From: Candidatus Liptonbacteria bacterium
Lineage (GTDB): Bacteria > Patescibacteriota > Minisyncoccia > UBA6257 > JACOXY01
Length of the DNA: 64,000 nucleotides
NCBI GenBank assembly: GCA_016182095.1
Contig: JACOXY010000010.1
Coordinates: forward strand, 334-64,333
Direction of reading: 5' to 3'
Both the position numbers and the translations under genes were made by a program. The notes beneath the pieces are model-generated. The model saw only the letters and a list, made by a program, of their open reading frames with translations. It was not told the DNA's origin and did no database searches. This document shows, in pieces, positions 46,043-56,257 of the stretch; within the stretch, counting starts at the first letter, position 1, and every line of letters begins with the position of its first letter.

Positions 46043-47437
46043 ATGGAAAATTTAGAGCAACAAGAACTAACAAAAATTTGGCAGTCGATTTTAAATGAGA
46101 TAGAGCTGCAGTTGCCTAAGGCAAGTTTTGTAACTTGGCTTAAAAACAGCGAGTTGGTTGATAAAAAAGATGGCGTTGCTTACATTGCTTTACCCAACAG
46201 TTTTACAAAGGCCTGGGTGGAAAATAAATACAATAAGATTATTTTAGGCAACATAAGACTGCTGGATGATTCAACTAAAAACATAAAATATTTGGTTAAA
46301 AGCGCCAAATCTTCCGACTTTCCCAAAGACGCCGATAAAAATAACGGCTCAAAAACCGAAACATCCGAAAAACAGCTTGCTTTCCCGGAATTTAAAATTG
46401 ATCCCGAAACCAACCTTAATCCCAAGTATACTTTCGCGACTTACGTAGTTGGCGGTTCAAATGAACTTGCCTATGCCGCCGCCCAGGGGGTTGTTGGCGA
46501 CATCGGCAAAAAATACAATCCTCTTTTTATTTATGGCGGGGTTGGACTCGGCAAAACGCACCTGATGCAATCTGTTGGCAATGAAATAAAAAATGCTTAC
46601 AAAAACCAGGTAAGGGTAAAATACGTAAGCTCGGAAAAGTTCACCAGTGACGTAATAGCCGCGATAAGAGCCAAGCGCGCCGAAGACGTTAAGAAAAAAT
46701 ATCGAGACGTTGATGTTTTGATAATAGACGACATCCAATTCATAGCCGGCAAAGAAAAAACAGAAGAGGAATTTTTTAATACTTTTAATGCTCTTTACGA
46801 GGTTAATAAACAGATTGTTATATCTTCCGATAGGCCGCCAAAAGCCATCCCTGTTTTAGAAGAGAGGCTTCGCTCCCGTTTTGAGGGCGGAATGGTGGTG
46901 GACATCAGCCCCCCGGATTACGAAACAAGAACGGCAATTATAAAAACCAAGCTGCAGCAAAAAAACAAGGAATTGCCCGACTCCGTTATTGACGTTATAG
47001 CCGCAAAAGTAAGAAAAAACATAAGGGAAATAGAGGGCATAGTAAATGTCGTTCTTTTCTATAAAGAACAAAAAAGGGCCGACCTTACGCCGCAGGCAGT
47101 TGAGGAAATTATTAGAAAAAATACCCAACACACCCCGGAAAATATAACTCCGAATCACATTGTAAGAGCTACGGCCAACTTCTTCCAAATTCCTATTGAT
47201 GACTTAATGGGTAAGTGCCGCAGGAAAGAATTTGTAAGGCCTCGGCAGGTTGCAATATATCTTTTGCGCGACATGCTTGATTTATCATATCCGCACATAG
47301 GAGACATTGTGGGGAAAAAGGACCACACCACCGCCATTCACGCCTATGAAAAGATCAATAAAGAATTAAACAAAAACAGCGATTTAAATCAAAAAATAAT
47401 TTTAATCAAAGATATTATTAATAAAAGCAGTGAATAA
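46043..47437 (+). CDS. dnaA: Chromosomal replication initiator DnaA.
   Basis: AAA+ Walker A GGVGLGKTHL, box VII, C-terminal DNA-binding domain (FVRPRQVAIYL...IGDIVGKKDHTTAIHA). Confidence 0.9.
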   Translation: MENLEQQELTKIWQSILNEIELQLPKASFVTWLKNSELVDKKDGVAYIALPNSFTKAWVENKYNKIILGNIRLLDDSTKNIKYLVKSAKSSDFPKDADKNNGSKTETSEKQLAFPEFKIDPETNLNPKYTFATYVVGGSNELAYAAAQGVVGDIGKKYNPLFIYGGVGLGKTHLMQSVGNEIKNAYKNQVRVKYVSSEKFTSDVIAAIRAKRAEDVKKKYRDVDVLIIDDIQFIAGKEKTEEEFFNTFNALYEVNKQIVISSDRPPKAIPVLEERLRSRFEGGMVVDISPPDYETRTAIIKTKLQQKNKELPDSVIDVIAAKVRKNIREIEGIVNVVLFYKEQKRADLTPQAVEEIIRKNTQHTPENITPNHIVRATANFFQIPIDDLMGKCRRKEFVRPRQVAIYLLRDMLDLSYPHIGDIVGKKDHTTAIHAYEKINKELNKNSDLNQKIILIKDIINKSSE

Positions 47438-47657
47438 TAAGTTTATAAGTTTGTTTGTTTATTGATTAATGAGTTTAAAACTTGATATTAATTTTTGTGA
47501 ATAAAACACATAAATTAAAACAGTAAAATACTTATCTTTTTTTATTACGGAAAAATAGACACAATATTAACAGATTAAAAAAATAATCCCGCAATAAAAT
47601 AATTAATTGGTAATAATTTTTATAGGAATAATTTTTATTTTTTTGCTTTTTGAATAA

Positions 47658-47675
47658 TTATCCACATTTCCACAT
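47658..47675 (+). promoter_or_regulatory. Perfect DnaA box TTATCCACA plus adjacent ATTTCCACA in the dnaA-dnaN intergenic region. A further box (TGTGGATAA) lies at 48843-48851 after dnaN.
   Basis: Read directly. Confidence 0.55.
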
Positions 47676-47726
47676 ACTAATAATAACTGCAGTAAGTTTT
47701 ATTATATTTAATTTATAAAACATATT

Positions 47727-48833
47727 ATGTCGGTCATTATACTAAGAAATAATTTAAAAGAAGCGCTTGAAAAAGCTAATCGGGCTTTGGGAGAAGCATC
47801 TCATCTGCCGGTTCTTAAAAACTTTTTAATAAAAGCTGAAAATAATAATTTAATTATTACTTCAACTAATTTAGAATTAGGGATAACGGTATATGTTCCT
47901 GCTAAAATAATAGAGCCAGGATATTTTATGATCCCGGCTTCGGTATTTTCATCTTTAATTTCCAATATAACAAGCGAGAGACTAGATATTCAAATAAAAG
48001 ATTCTAATTTAGAGATAAAAGCCGATAATTATGAAGCAGAAATACCAATATTGAATTCTGAAGATTTTCCGATTATACCCGATATTGAAAATAAAAATAA
48101 ATTTATTGAATTTAACTCCAGTTTTATAAGTGAAGCTTTTAATCAAATTATATCCACTGTCCAGTTTTCGGAAATTAGGCCGGAGATCAGCGGTATTTTA
48201 TTTGATTTTCAATTAAACGAATTAACTCTTGTCGGAACAGATAGTTTTAGACTGGCTGAAAAAAAGATATCCAACAGTAAATTTAAAACAAATTTTGATA
48301 CCAACTTTAAATTTATAATCCCAATTAAAACAATACATGAGTTTATACGAGTATTTAAAAAAGACGAGATTGTTAAATTTTACTTTGATGAAAATCAAAT
48401 ATTATTTAAAAGTAATACCGTAGAAATTATATCCCGCCTTATAGAAGGAAACTTTCCGGATTATAAAGCAATTATTCCTAAAAATTTTGAAACAGAAATT
48501 GAAATAAATAAAAATGATTTCATGAATTCTCTTAAGTTATCCGGGGTTTTAAATCCAAGTATTTATGAGATTAAAATTATTATAAAAAGCGGCAAAAAAA
48601 ATATAGAGGTTTTATCAACCGAAAAAAGTTTTGGAAAAGCAAAATCAACCCTTCTGGCTAAAATCAAAGGCAAAGACGCGGAAATACTTTTTAACTGGAG
48701 ATATTTTTTTGACGGATTGAAAAACTTTAAAGACGAAGCTGTTTTTATTGGATTAAACGACGGTTCCCGTCCGGCACTTATTAAATCAGAAGATATAACT
48801 TATTTGTACATTTTGATGCCTATAAAACAATAA
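47727..48833 (+). CDS. dnaN: DNA polymerase III beta sliding clamp.
   Basis: 368 aa, three-domain clamp pattern. Position after dnaA. Confidence 0.8.
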   Translation: MSVIILRNNLKEALEKANRALGEASHLPVLKNFLIKAENNNLIITSTNLELGITVYVPAKIIEPGYFMIPASVFSSLISNITSERLDIQIKDSNLEIKADNYEAEIPILNSEDFPIIPDIENKNKFIEFNSSFISEAFNQIISTVQFSEIRPEISGILFDFQLNELTLVGTDSFRLAEKKISNSKFKTNFDTNFKFIIPIKTIHEFIRVFKKDEIVKFYFDENQILFKSNTVEIISRLIEGNFPDYKAIIPKNFETEIEINKNDFMNSLKLSGVLNPSIYEIKIIIKSGKKNIEVLSTEKSFGKAKSTLLAKIKGKDAEILFNWRYFFDGLKNFKDEAVFIGLNDGSRPALIKSEDITYLYILMPIKQ

Positions 48834-49035
48834 TATTACCGCTGTGGATAATTGTCGGTATTGACTAAGTTTCTTTGGATATTATTCTCTTTACATATAA
48901 GGATATTATTTTTTTTAAAAACCCTACCTGCATTTCTACCACCCGGTTGACACAAGAAAGGATATGGTTATACTTTTGTAATAATTTAAAAGCAATCCAA
49001 ATCTTTTTAAAAGGTCGGAAAACAGAACAAAAATT

Positions 49036-49272
49036 ATGGCATCTGCTTTCAAAAAAACCATAACCTTAGAAGATAATAGAATGTTGTTGGATAAAAAAAA
49101 CGCGGGGGCTGATGAGGATAGTTTTGAGGATGGCTTTAATATAGACGACGGGATGTATTTTAAATCAGCTGACGATAATCAGAATGACGATGGGTCTTCA
49201 AAGGAAGACGAGGAGGACGACGACCCAGATCTTGATTATGACGAAGAAGAGGACGGAGAAGAAAGCCTTTAG
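49036..49272 (+). CDS. Small highly acidic protein (78 aa, about 40% Asp/Glu).
   Basis: ORF MASAFKKT...DDDPDLDYDEEEDGEESL. Function unknown. Confidence 0.3.
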   Translation: MASAFKKTITLEDNRMLLDKKNAGADEDSFEDGFNIDDGMYFKSADDNQNDDGSSKEDEEDDDPDLDYDEEEDGEESL

Positions 49273-49369
49273 GCAACCTTGTTTAAATCTCGCGCTCCTA
49301 AAACAAAAACCCCATTATGCGCACTGGGGTTTTTGTTTTAAAGCTTTATAATAAAAAAGGCTGACACAT

Positions 49370-51763
49370 ATGCACAAAAGGAAAAAGAAAAAAAATCTTA
49401 TAAAACTCTCCTTGATAACCGGAGGCATTTTTATATTTTTATTAACCGGATTTGCTTTAATTTTTATAGCGGCGCTAATAAGAGATTTGCCAAAGGCCGA
49501 CGACTTAGTTTCAAAAAGAGTAAATCAATCAACTAAAATTTATGATCGGACGGGCGCTATTTTATTATATGAGGTTCATGGTGAAGAAAAAAGAACCATT
49601 ATACCCTACGAAGACATTCCCGCAGTTGTTAAAAACGCGACCATAGCAATTGAAGACCAAAATTTTTACAACCACCCCGCCTTTGATTGGAGGGCCATTA
49701 TAAGAGCCGTGATTCAAGATATTCTGCGCTTAAGGGTGGAACAGGGCGCCTCAACCATCACCCAACAACTTGCCAAAAATGCCTATCTTACCAACGAAAA
49801 AACCATTACCAGGAAAGTCAAAGAGCTTTTGCTGGCGCTGAAACTGGAAAAACAATTTTCTAAAGACGAAATACTAAATCTCTATTTAAACCAAATTCCC
49901 TATGGAGAAAACGCTTATGGAATAGAAGCCGCCGCCAAAACCTATTTTAATAAAAGCGCCAAAGACTTAAATATGGCGGAGGCCGCGCTCTTGGCCGCTC
50001 TGCCGCAGGCGACAACCTACTATTCTCCCTGGGGCCTGCACAAAGACGAGCTTTTAACAAGGAAAGACCTTGTTCTTAAAAAAATGTATGAATTAAACTA
50101 CATAACCGAGGAGCAGCTTGAGGGCGCGAAAGGAGCCGAATATGAATTTGCCCCACAAGCCACAACCATTAAGGCGCCTCATTTCATAATGGCTGTTCAG
50201 GACTATCTTGTTAAAAAATACGGAGCGGAAACGCTGGAAAAGGGCGGACTGAATGTAATTACGACGCTCGATTGGGAACTTCAGCAGGTGGCCGAAACGG
50301 CGGTTTGGAACGGAGTCACAAGAAACACAGAACTGTATAAGGGCGAGAATGGCGCGCTTTTAGCGGCAGATCCGAAAACCGGGCAAGTGCTCGCTGTGGT
50401 TGGCTCTAAGGATTATTTTGACGAATCTAATGAGGGCAATTTTAATGTGGCTATGCAGGGGCTAAGACAGCCCGGATCGGCTTTTAAACCATTTGCTTAT
50501 GTGACCGCTTTTAAAAAAGGATTTACTCCGGAGACCATTTTGTTTGATTTGGAGACCGAATTTGATGCGACCGGCATACCAGAGAAAAGCTACAAGCCGG
50601 GCAATTTTGACGAATACTTCCGCGGACCAGTTAGCCTGCGAACCGCTCTCGCGCAGTCCATAAATATACCGGCTGTAAAAATAATGTATCTCGCGGGGAT
50701 TGATAATGTTTTAAATACAGCGCGAGATTTTGGTATTAAAACCCTTACTGAACGAAGTCGCTACGGGCTGTCTTTGGTTTTGGGCGGGGGCGAGGTTAAG
50801 TTATCGGAACTCGTGAACGCCTATGCTGTTTTTGCGAACGACGGCATCTATCATGACCAGACGCTTATTTTAAAAATTACGGACGCGAAAGGCGAGACTT
50901 TAGAGGAATTTTCCTCTGAAGCGGGCGAAGAGGTTATAGACCCCGAATACGCCAGAACTATCAATGATATTTTATCCGATGTTTCTGCGCGCTCCGGCCT
51001 TTTTGGCGCCAGCTTAAACCTGACCGTTTTTTCGGGCTATCAGGTAGCTCTTAAAACCGGCACAACCGACAATTATGTTGATGCCTGGGCTATTGGATAT
51101 ACTCCGGGGATTGTTGTCGGAGTCTGGGCCGGCAACAACCACAGAGAGCCGCTTCAGAAAAAGGGAGGCAGTATTTTAGCAGCAGTTCCCATTTGGAGCG
51201 AATTTGTGAATGAGGCGCTTAAAAAACAACCTGTGGAATTTTTTGTGCGGCCGGCTCCTTATGCGGCGGAGAAGCCGATATTAAGAGGGGACTATCTTTA
51301 CGGCAAACAAATTCATAATATTTTGTATTATGTCCAGAAAAACGACCCACAAGGGCCGATGCCGGTAAGGCCCGAATCGGATCCGCAATTTCTAAATTGG
51401 GAACTGCCGGTTTTGGCGTGGGCGGAACGAAATTTGCCGGATTTTGCTGAATACAACAAGAGCTGGGGCGTAGATTTTGATTTAAGCGACATTTCTATAG
51501 ATGTTAGATCTCCGCTAAGCGGCGAATTTATAAAAAACAATACCGTTAACCTAAGCTTTAGCGTAAATTCATCCCATAAACTTAACTACGTTGAAACTTA
51601 TTTTAATAATGAGATGTTGGAGAAAATACAGGCGGCTAACTCGCCCCTTGTTTATCAGAAAAATATTTTAATAAACAACGCGCAAACGCAGAATCTTTTG
51701 CGCATTAAGGCCGTTGCCGAAGGAGGCAAAACAAAAGAAAAAGAAATTATCCTTTTTAAGTGA
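49370..51763 (+). CDS. Bifunctional class A penicillin-binding protein (glycosyltransferase + transpeptidase).
   Basis: GT51 motifs (IEDQNFYNHPAFD, GASTITQQLAKN). Transpeptidase motifs SAFKP, SxN, KTGT. Confidence 0.85.
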   Translation: MHKRKKKKNLIKLSLITGGIFIFLLTGFALIFIAALIRDLPKADDLVSKRVNQSTKIYDRTGAILLYEVHGEEKRTIIPYEDIPAVVKNATIAIEDQNFYNHPAFDWRAIIRAVIQDILRLRVEQGASTITQQLAKNAYLTNEKTITRKVKELLLALKLEKQFSKDEILNLYLNQIPYGENAYGIEAAAKTYFNKSAKDLNMAEAALLAALPQATTYYSPWGLHKDELLTRKDLVLKKMYELNYITEEQLEGAKGAEYEFAPQATTIKAPHFIMAVQDYLVKKYGAETLEKGGLNVITTLDWELQQVAETAVWNGVTRNTELYKGENGALLAADPKTGQVLAVVGSKDYFDESNEGNFNVAMQGLRQPGSAFKPFAYVTAFKKGFTPETILFDLETEFDATGIPEKSYKPGNFDEYFRGPVSLRTALAQSINIPAVKIMYLAGIDNVLNTARDFGIKTLTERSRYGLSLVLGGGEVKLSELVNAYAVFANDGIYHDQTLILKITDAKGETLEEFSSEAGEEVIDPEYARTINDILSDVSARSGLFGASLNLTVFSGYQVALKTGTTDNYVDAWAIGYTPGIVVGVWAGNNHREPLQKKGGSILAAVPIWSEFVNEALKKQPVEFFVRPAPYAAEKPILRGDYLYGKQIHNILYYVQKNDPQGPMPVRPESDPQFLNWELPVLAWAERNLPDFAEYNKSWGVDFDLSDISIDVRSPLSGEFIKNNTVNLSFSVNSSHKLNYVETYFNNEMLEKIQAANSPLVYQKNILINNAQTQNLLRIKAVAEGGKTKEKEIILFK

Positions 51764-52238
51764 GTGCCACCCTATATTCAAAATCATACCCGGCGGTAAG
51801 GGCTACTGCTATCGCGTCCGTTATGTCATCTGGCCCGGGAATATTTTTTAAAGAAAGCGCGAACTTTACCATTTTGCCCACCGCTTTTTTGTCGGCTCTC
51901 CCGCTTCCGGCCACCGCCTTTTTTATTTCTGTGGGCGCATATTCCGCGATTCTAACCCCGGCTTCTTTGGATAGCATAATTAAGGCACCTCTCACCTCGG
52001 CAACGGCCATGGCGGTTTTTTGATTCTTCATAAAAAATAATTTTTCTACCGCAAGCAAGTTTGGGCGGTATTTTTCCAGTATAAGTCTTAAATGATCCGC
52101 CGCCTCCATAAGCCGATCAGCATTATCCCCTTTTGTTATTTTTAATATTCCGCAATCCAAGAGGCTGAAGATTCGGTCCTTTTTTATAATCCCGTAACCT
52201 ATTCTTGCGGTGCCGGGATCGAGGCCTAATATAACCAT
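51756..52238 (-). CDS. ruvC: Holliday junction resolvase RuvC (true start MVILGLDPGT).
   Basis: ILGLDPGTARIGYGII and catalytic acidic residues. The track ORF extends 11 codons upstream. Confidence 0.8.
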   Translation of the reverse strand: MVILGLDPGTARIGYGIIKKDRIFSLLDCGILKITKGDNADRLMEAADHLRLILEKYRPNLLAVEKLFFMKNQKTAMAVAEVRGALIMLSKEAGVRIAEYAPTEIKKAVAGSGRADKKAVGKMVKFALSLKNIPGPDDITDAIAVALTAGYDFEYRVALT

Positions 52239-52329
52239 TACACCTGACACCCGACACCCGACATCTGACAATCTTATTTTGTCAGCTGTTATTTGTCAGT
52301 TGTTATTTGTGGAGTTTATACTAATTTAG

Positions 52330-52866
52330 CTAAACAGCTAAATTAGTATAAACTCCCTGTACATCCTCGTGGTCGTGAAGCGCCCTTATTAAAGCAAGAA
52401 GCCCACTTTTTTCTTCCGGGGCAATATCTTCTGTGAATTTAGCTTCGGGATCTTTGCCGGGGAGGATCTCGCTAAACGCCCACCTAACGCTTCCGGGCTC
52501 GGCCCACTTCCCGTGATTCGCGCTTAAGACCTTTTTAATTTCCGCGACGGTTTTATTATGGCTTCCAGTAATGGCGATTATTAATATTGCGGCTCCGCCG
52601 GGGCCATAAGCCTCAAAAACCAACTCTTCCAGGTTCATGCTTTTTTCCACTGCGCCCTTGATTGCTTTCTGAATGTTGTTGTGAGGAATATTTGCTTCTC
52701 GCGCCTTCTCTATTGCCGTTCTAAGCCGCGGGTTAAAATCGGGGTTTGGTTCTGGTTTGGCCGCCACCGATATCGCGTTCAAAAGCTTGGAAAACACAGC
52801 TCCCCTTTTAGAGTCCTTCTCTTCTTTTTTGTGTTTTATACCAGCCCAATGGCTGTGTCCGGACAT
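52330..52866 (-). CDS. yebC: YebC/PmpR-family transcriptional regulator (short form, 178 aa).
   Basis: MSGHSHWAGIKHKKEEKDSKRGAVFSKL...NPRLR matches the YebC N-terminus. Confidence 0.7.
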   Translation of the reverse strand: MSGHSHWAGIKHKKEEKDSKRGAVFSKLLNAISVAAKPEPNPDFNPRLRTAIEKAREANIPHNNIQKAIKGAVEKSMNLEELVFEAYGPGGAAILIIAITGSHNKTVAEIKKVLSANHGKWAEPGSVRWAFSEILPGKDPEAKFTEDIAPEEKSGLLALIRALHDHEDVQGVYTNLAV

Positions 52867-52902
52867 ATAAGCTTAATATAAAATATAAAAAATTAAATAT
52901 CA

Positions 52903-53027
52903 ATCCCTCACCCAAGAAGGAGTTTGGGTTGGTTCTAGAAATCGTAACATTAATTACCAACAATACATTATTAAGATAAAATTAATTTTGAGAAGAAGCA
53001 GAAAATGCTCCTTTTTGAGTGAGGGAT
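52903..53027. mobile_element. MITE family F1 copy 2 (about 92% identical to copy 1).
   Basis: Terminal inverted repeats ATCCCTCACCCAAGAAGGAG / CTCCTTTTTGAGTGAGGGAT and near-identical interior. Confidence 0.6.
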
Positions 53028-53079
53028 CAAATATAAACGGATTGATTTTTAATTTTAAGTATGCGACACTGTTAATATT

Positions 53080-54780
53080 ATGGCTGATGCTTTGCAGAAA
53101 AAATCAGCAATAGAGGACAAGCTTAAAAAAATTGAGCGGGAAGCCGAGGAAAGAGATGCCAAAAGGAAGGCTTCGGACGCGGGCCTTTCTTACGTAGATC
53201 TTAAAAATATTCCCGTACAAATAGACGCGCTTTCTTTAATATCCAAAGAGGACGCCATAAAAAACAAAATGGCTGTTGTGGCCAAAAAAAGAAACAGCGT
53301 GGCGGTGGTTGTTTCGGATCCCAAAAATCAAGGAACCAAAAAAGTTACAGAGAGGCTTAAGTCTCAAGGGTTAAAGCCGGAGATTATGGTAGGTTCTTTG
53401 GCGGGACTTCGGACAATTTGGCGATCTTATGATTTTGTAAAGAAAGAACTCGCGGAAATTACCGGCCAGGTTGTGATAGACTCACAGCGCCTTAAGGAAT
53501 TGCGGCCGAAACTTGTTTCTATCCAGAGCGCCAAAGACGAAATTGTGAAAATTTTGGGAAGCAAGCTTGGTGTGGCTCCGGTTTTAGAAATATTACTTGC
53601 GGCCGCGCTTTCTCTAAAAGGATCCGACATCCATCTCGAGCCCGGAGAAAAAAATATCAAATTTCGGCTGCGCATTGACGGTCTTCTGCATGATGTTTTT
53701 AACGAAATTGCGACCCAAGACTATTTTTTCCTGATATCGAGAATCAAGCTCTTGTCTTCGATGAAGTTAAATATCCACGACGCGGCGCAAGATGGCAGGT
53801 TTACGATTAATCTTGGGGACAAGGACATTGAAATTAGATCTTCCGTTTTGCCTTCGGAATATGGAGAGACTGCGGTTTTAAGGATTTTAGATCCAGAAAC
53901 AATCCGGCTCACCCTGAACGATCTAGGGTTGCGCGATGACGACCTCGTGATTATTAACGAAGAACTGGGAAGGCCGAACGGGATGCTTTTGAACACTGGC
54001 CCGACCGGCTCCGGGAAAACCACCACGCTTTACGCGTTTATAATGCAAGTAAATAAGCCGGAATCAAAGATTATAACGCTTGAAGATCCGATAGAATATA
54101 GATTGGAGGGAATTGAACAAACCCAGGTTGACGATGAGGCCGGCTACACTTTTGGTAATGGTTTGCGTTCCATAGTTCGTCAAGATCCGGACGTCATTTT
54201 GGTGGGAGAAATCAGAGATTTGGAAACAGCCGACATTGCCTTAAATGCCGCCTTAACTGGCCACCTGGTTTTCTCAACGCTTCATACCAACGACTCTTTT
54301 GGAGCTATACCGCGACTTCTGGACTTGGGGGTGAAAACGGCCATTATCGGACCAGCGCTGAATCTTATAATAGCCCAGCGCCTGGTTAGGCGGTTATGCG
54401 ATAAATGTAAAGCAGAGGACAGCTCATTTGGCGGGCTCAAAAAACAAGTTCAAAGTTTTCTCAAAAATCTTCCGGACAAAGTTTCTAAATCTAAATATAA
54501 AGATTTTATTAAGGGCCAAGGAAAGATATTTAAAGCTCGCGGCTGTACCGCTTGCGGCGGGATTGGCTATGGAGGAAGAATCGCGATTATGGAACTCTTG
54601 AGGATCAACGATGAATTAAGCGGCCTGATATCAAAAGAGGTTACCGAATCAGAAATTAAAAAAAGCGCCGCTAAACAGGGGACGGTTTCAATACAGGGGT
54701 CAGGAATATTAAAAATTTTAGAAGGCGTTACAACGATTGAAGAAGTTATAAGAGTAACCGGACCGATTGTGTGGCAGTAA
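53080..54780 (+). CDS. pilB: GspE/PilB-family type II secretion / type IV pilus assembly ATPase.
   Basis: Walker A GPTGSGKTTT, Asp box, Walker B ILVGEIRD, His box, tetracysteine CDKC...CTAC. Confidence 0.85.
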   Translation: MADALQKKSAIEDKLKKIEREAEERDAKRKASDAGLSYVDLKNIPVQIDALSLISKEDAIKNKMAVVAKKRNSVAVVVSDPKNQGTKKVTERLKSQGLKPEIMVGSLAGLRTIWRSYDFVKKELAEITGQVVIDSQRLKELRPKLVSIQSAKDEIVKILGSKLGVAPVLEILLAAALSLKGSDIHLEPGEKNIKFRLRIDGLLHDVFNEIATQDYFFLISRIKLLSSMKLNIHDAAQDGRFTINLGDKDIEIRSSVLPSEYGETAVLRILDPETIRLTLNDLGLRDDDLVIINEELGRPNGMLLNTGPTGSGKTTTLYAFIMQVNKPESKIITLEDPIEYRLEGIEQTQVDDEAGYTFGNGLRSIVRQDPDVILVGEIRDLETADIALNAALTGHLVFSTLHTNDSFGAIPRLLDLGVKTAIIGPALNLIIAQRLVRRLCDKCKAEDSSFGGLKKQVQSFLKNLPDKVSKSKYKDFIKGQGKIFKARGCTACGGIGYGGRIAIMELLRINDELSGLISKEVTESEIKKSAAKQGTVSIQGSGILKILEGVTTIEEVIRVTGPIVWQ

Positions 54781-54820
54781 CCGGCCGTTTGAAAATATAA
54801 GCATATCGCGCATCATGGGC

Positions 54821-54997
54821 TTAGATCTGTGGGCATGTGCCCCCCGCCACTTACGCAAAATGTTATTTGGCAGAAGTGGTGGGGGGACGTAGCGAGTCTC
54901 TTTTTTATGTAAAAGAGTTTAGAACTCCTTTGAGGAGTAATCTAGCCAAAGCCGGATTATCCTTAAATCTAAAAGAAGTTCCCGCCCACAGATCTAA
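54821..54997 (+). ncRNA. Candidate structured non-coding RNA / cis element: 12-bp terminal inverted repeat AGATCTGTGGGC...GCCCACAGATCT enclosing three consecutive hairpins.
   Basis: 13-bp stem CCCCCCGCCACTT/AAGTGGTGGGGGG (one G-U), CTCTTTT/AAAAGAG, ACTCCT/AGGAGT. No protein-coding signal. Overlapping track ORF 54837..55145 is likely spurious. Confidence 0.35.
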
Positions 54998-55182
54998 AAC
55001 GGTGATTTATGAGACCTATCCGTTTCATGCGAATGATAGCATAAAAACTATTTTTTGTCAATATCAAGCGAATTGTCTATTTAAGATGCCGGTTCCACGA
55101 GAATTTATAATTAAAAGGCCAGCGAACCATAGAATACTCCAATAATTTATTATGTCAACTTTTTTAGAGGCTCCCAAAATAT

Positions 55183-56202
55183 ATGTCTAAAAACAAACCC
55201 GTAAATAATCCGTCAATCGCGGATGCTCTCGTCTCTAGCGGCATAGATCAAATTTTGCGTCCGTCAAATTGGGACGAATATATAGGACAGGAGAATATCA
55301 AAAAAAATATCAAGGTTATTATTGAAGCCGCCATAAAAAGATCTGAACCTATTGATCATGTGCTTTTTTACGGCCAGGCGGGGCTTGGCAAGACAACCCT
55401 CGCTTATCTTATAGCCAACGAGCTTAAGGCGCAGATAAAAACCACCTCTGGCCCCGCGCTGGAGAAGGTTGGGGATATAGCTGCTATTTTAAGCAACCTT
55501 GAGCCATATGATGTTTTATTTATTGATGAAGTTCACAGGATAAACCACTTAATTGAAGAAGCGTTTTATCCGGCATTAGAAAGCAGGAAACTTCACATAA
55601 TGGTGGGCAAGGGGCCAAGCGCGAGAAGTGTGACTCTGGATTTGCCGCCGTTTACTCTTATCGCCGCCACTACAAGAGTAAATCTTTTGTCGGGGCCCAT
55701 GCGGTCGCGTTTTGGCGCTACTTTTAAGCTTGATTATTACAATACTCACGACATAACTAAAATTATTAAAAGATCCGCCAAGGTTTTGAATGTTGCGATT
55801 GATGAGCCGGCGATAAAAATTTTGGCCGCAGCAAGCCGGAGAACGCCGCGCGTGGCCAACAGATTATTAAAACGAATTAGAGATTATGCGGAAGTAAAAG
55901 GAACCGGAGAAGTAAATGCCAGCACATGTTCTGCCGCGCTGCAATTTTTGGGTGTTGATTTTTTGGGGCTTGAGGATGCTGACAGAAGATTTTTGGAAAC
56001 AATTATTCATAAATTTAACGGCGGACCGGTAGGCGTTAACGCTCTGGCGGCGGCTCTAAATGAAGACAAGGGAACCATAGAAGATGTTTATGAGCCATAT
56101 TTGATGGGTTTGGGATTTTTAGAGCGAACACCTGCCGGGAGAATTGCCACTGCCGCGGCCTACGAACACTTTGGTGTTAAAACGGCGGGAAAATTGGTTT
56201 AG
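55183..56202 (+). CDS. ruvB: Holliday junction branch-migration ATPase RuvB.
   Basis: Walker A GQAGLGKTTLA, Walker B LFIDEVHR, sensor motifs. Confidence 0.9.
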   Translation: MSKNKPVNNPSIADALVSSGIDQILRPSNWDEYIGQENIKKNIKVIIEAAIKRSEPIDHVLFYGQAGLGKTTLAYLIANELKAQIKTTSGPALEKVGDIAAILSNLEPYDVLFIDEVHRINHLIEEAFYPALESRKLHIMVGKGPSARSVTLDLPPFTLIAATTRVNLLSGPMRSRFGATFKLDYYNTHDITKIIKRSAKVLNVAIDEPAIKILAAASRRTPRVANRLLKRIRDYAEVKGTGEVNASTCSAALQFLGVDFLGLEDADRRFLETIIHKFNGGPVGVNALAAALNEDKGTIEDVYEPYLMGLGFLERTPAGRIATAAAYEHFGVKTAGKLV

Positions 56203-56245
56203 GGGCAAGGGTTAAGAAGCCAGTCCGGCATCCTAACCTTAACCC
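56202..56245. repeat. Repeat family F3 copy C: collapsed single-hairpin form (GGGTTAAG...CTTAACCC) right after the ruvB stop. Likely terminator.
   Basis: ggggcaagggttaagaagccagtccggcatcctaaccttaaccc read directly. Confidence 0.45.
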
Positions 56246-56257
56246 ATCTATTCGACC

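Noticed and set aside
54821-54997. Assigning the structured region to RNase P RNA, tmRNA or SRP RNA
   Set aside because: I could not find the conserved P4 (GGAAAGUCCGG), tmRNA tag-reading-frame/terminal tRNA-like, or SRP domain-IV (GGAAGCAGCC) motifs by eye. Left as an unclassified candidate.
54837-55145. 102-aa ORF between pilB and ruvB
   Set aside because: No RBS. It overlaps a run of stable hairpins bounded by a 12-bp inverted repeat, so it is better explained as a structured non-coding region.
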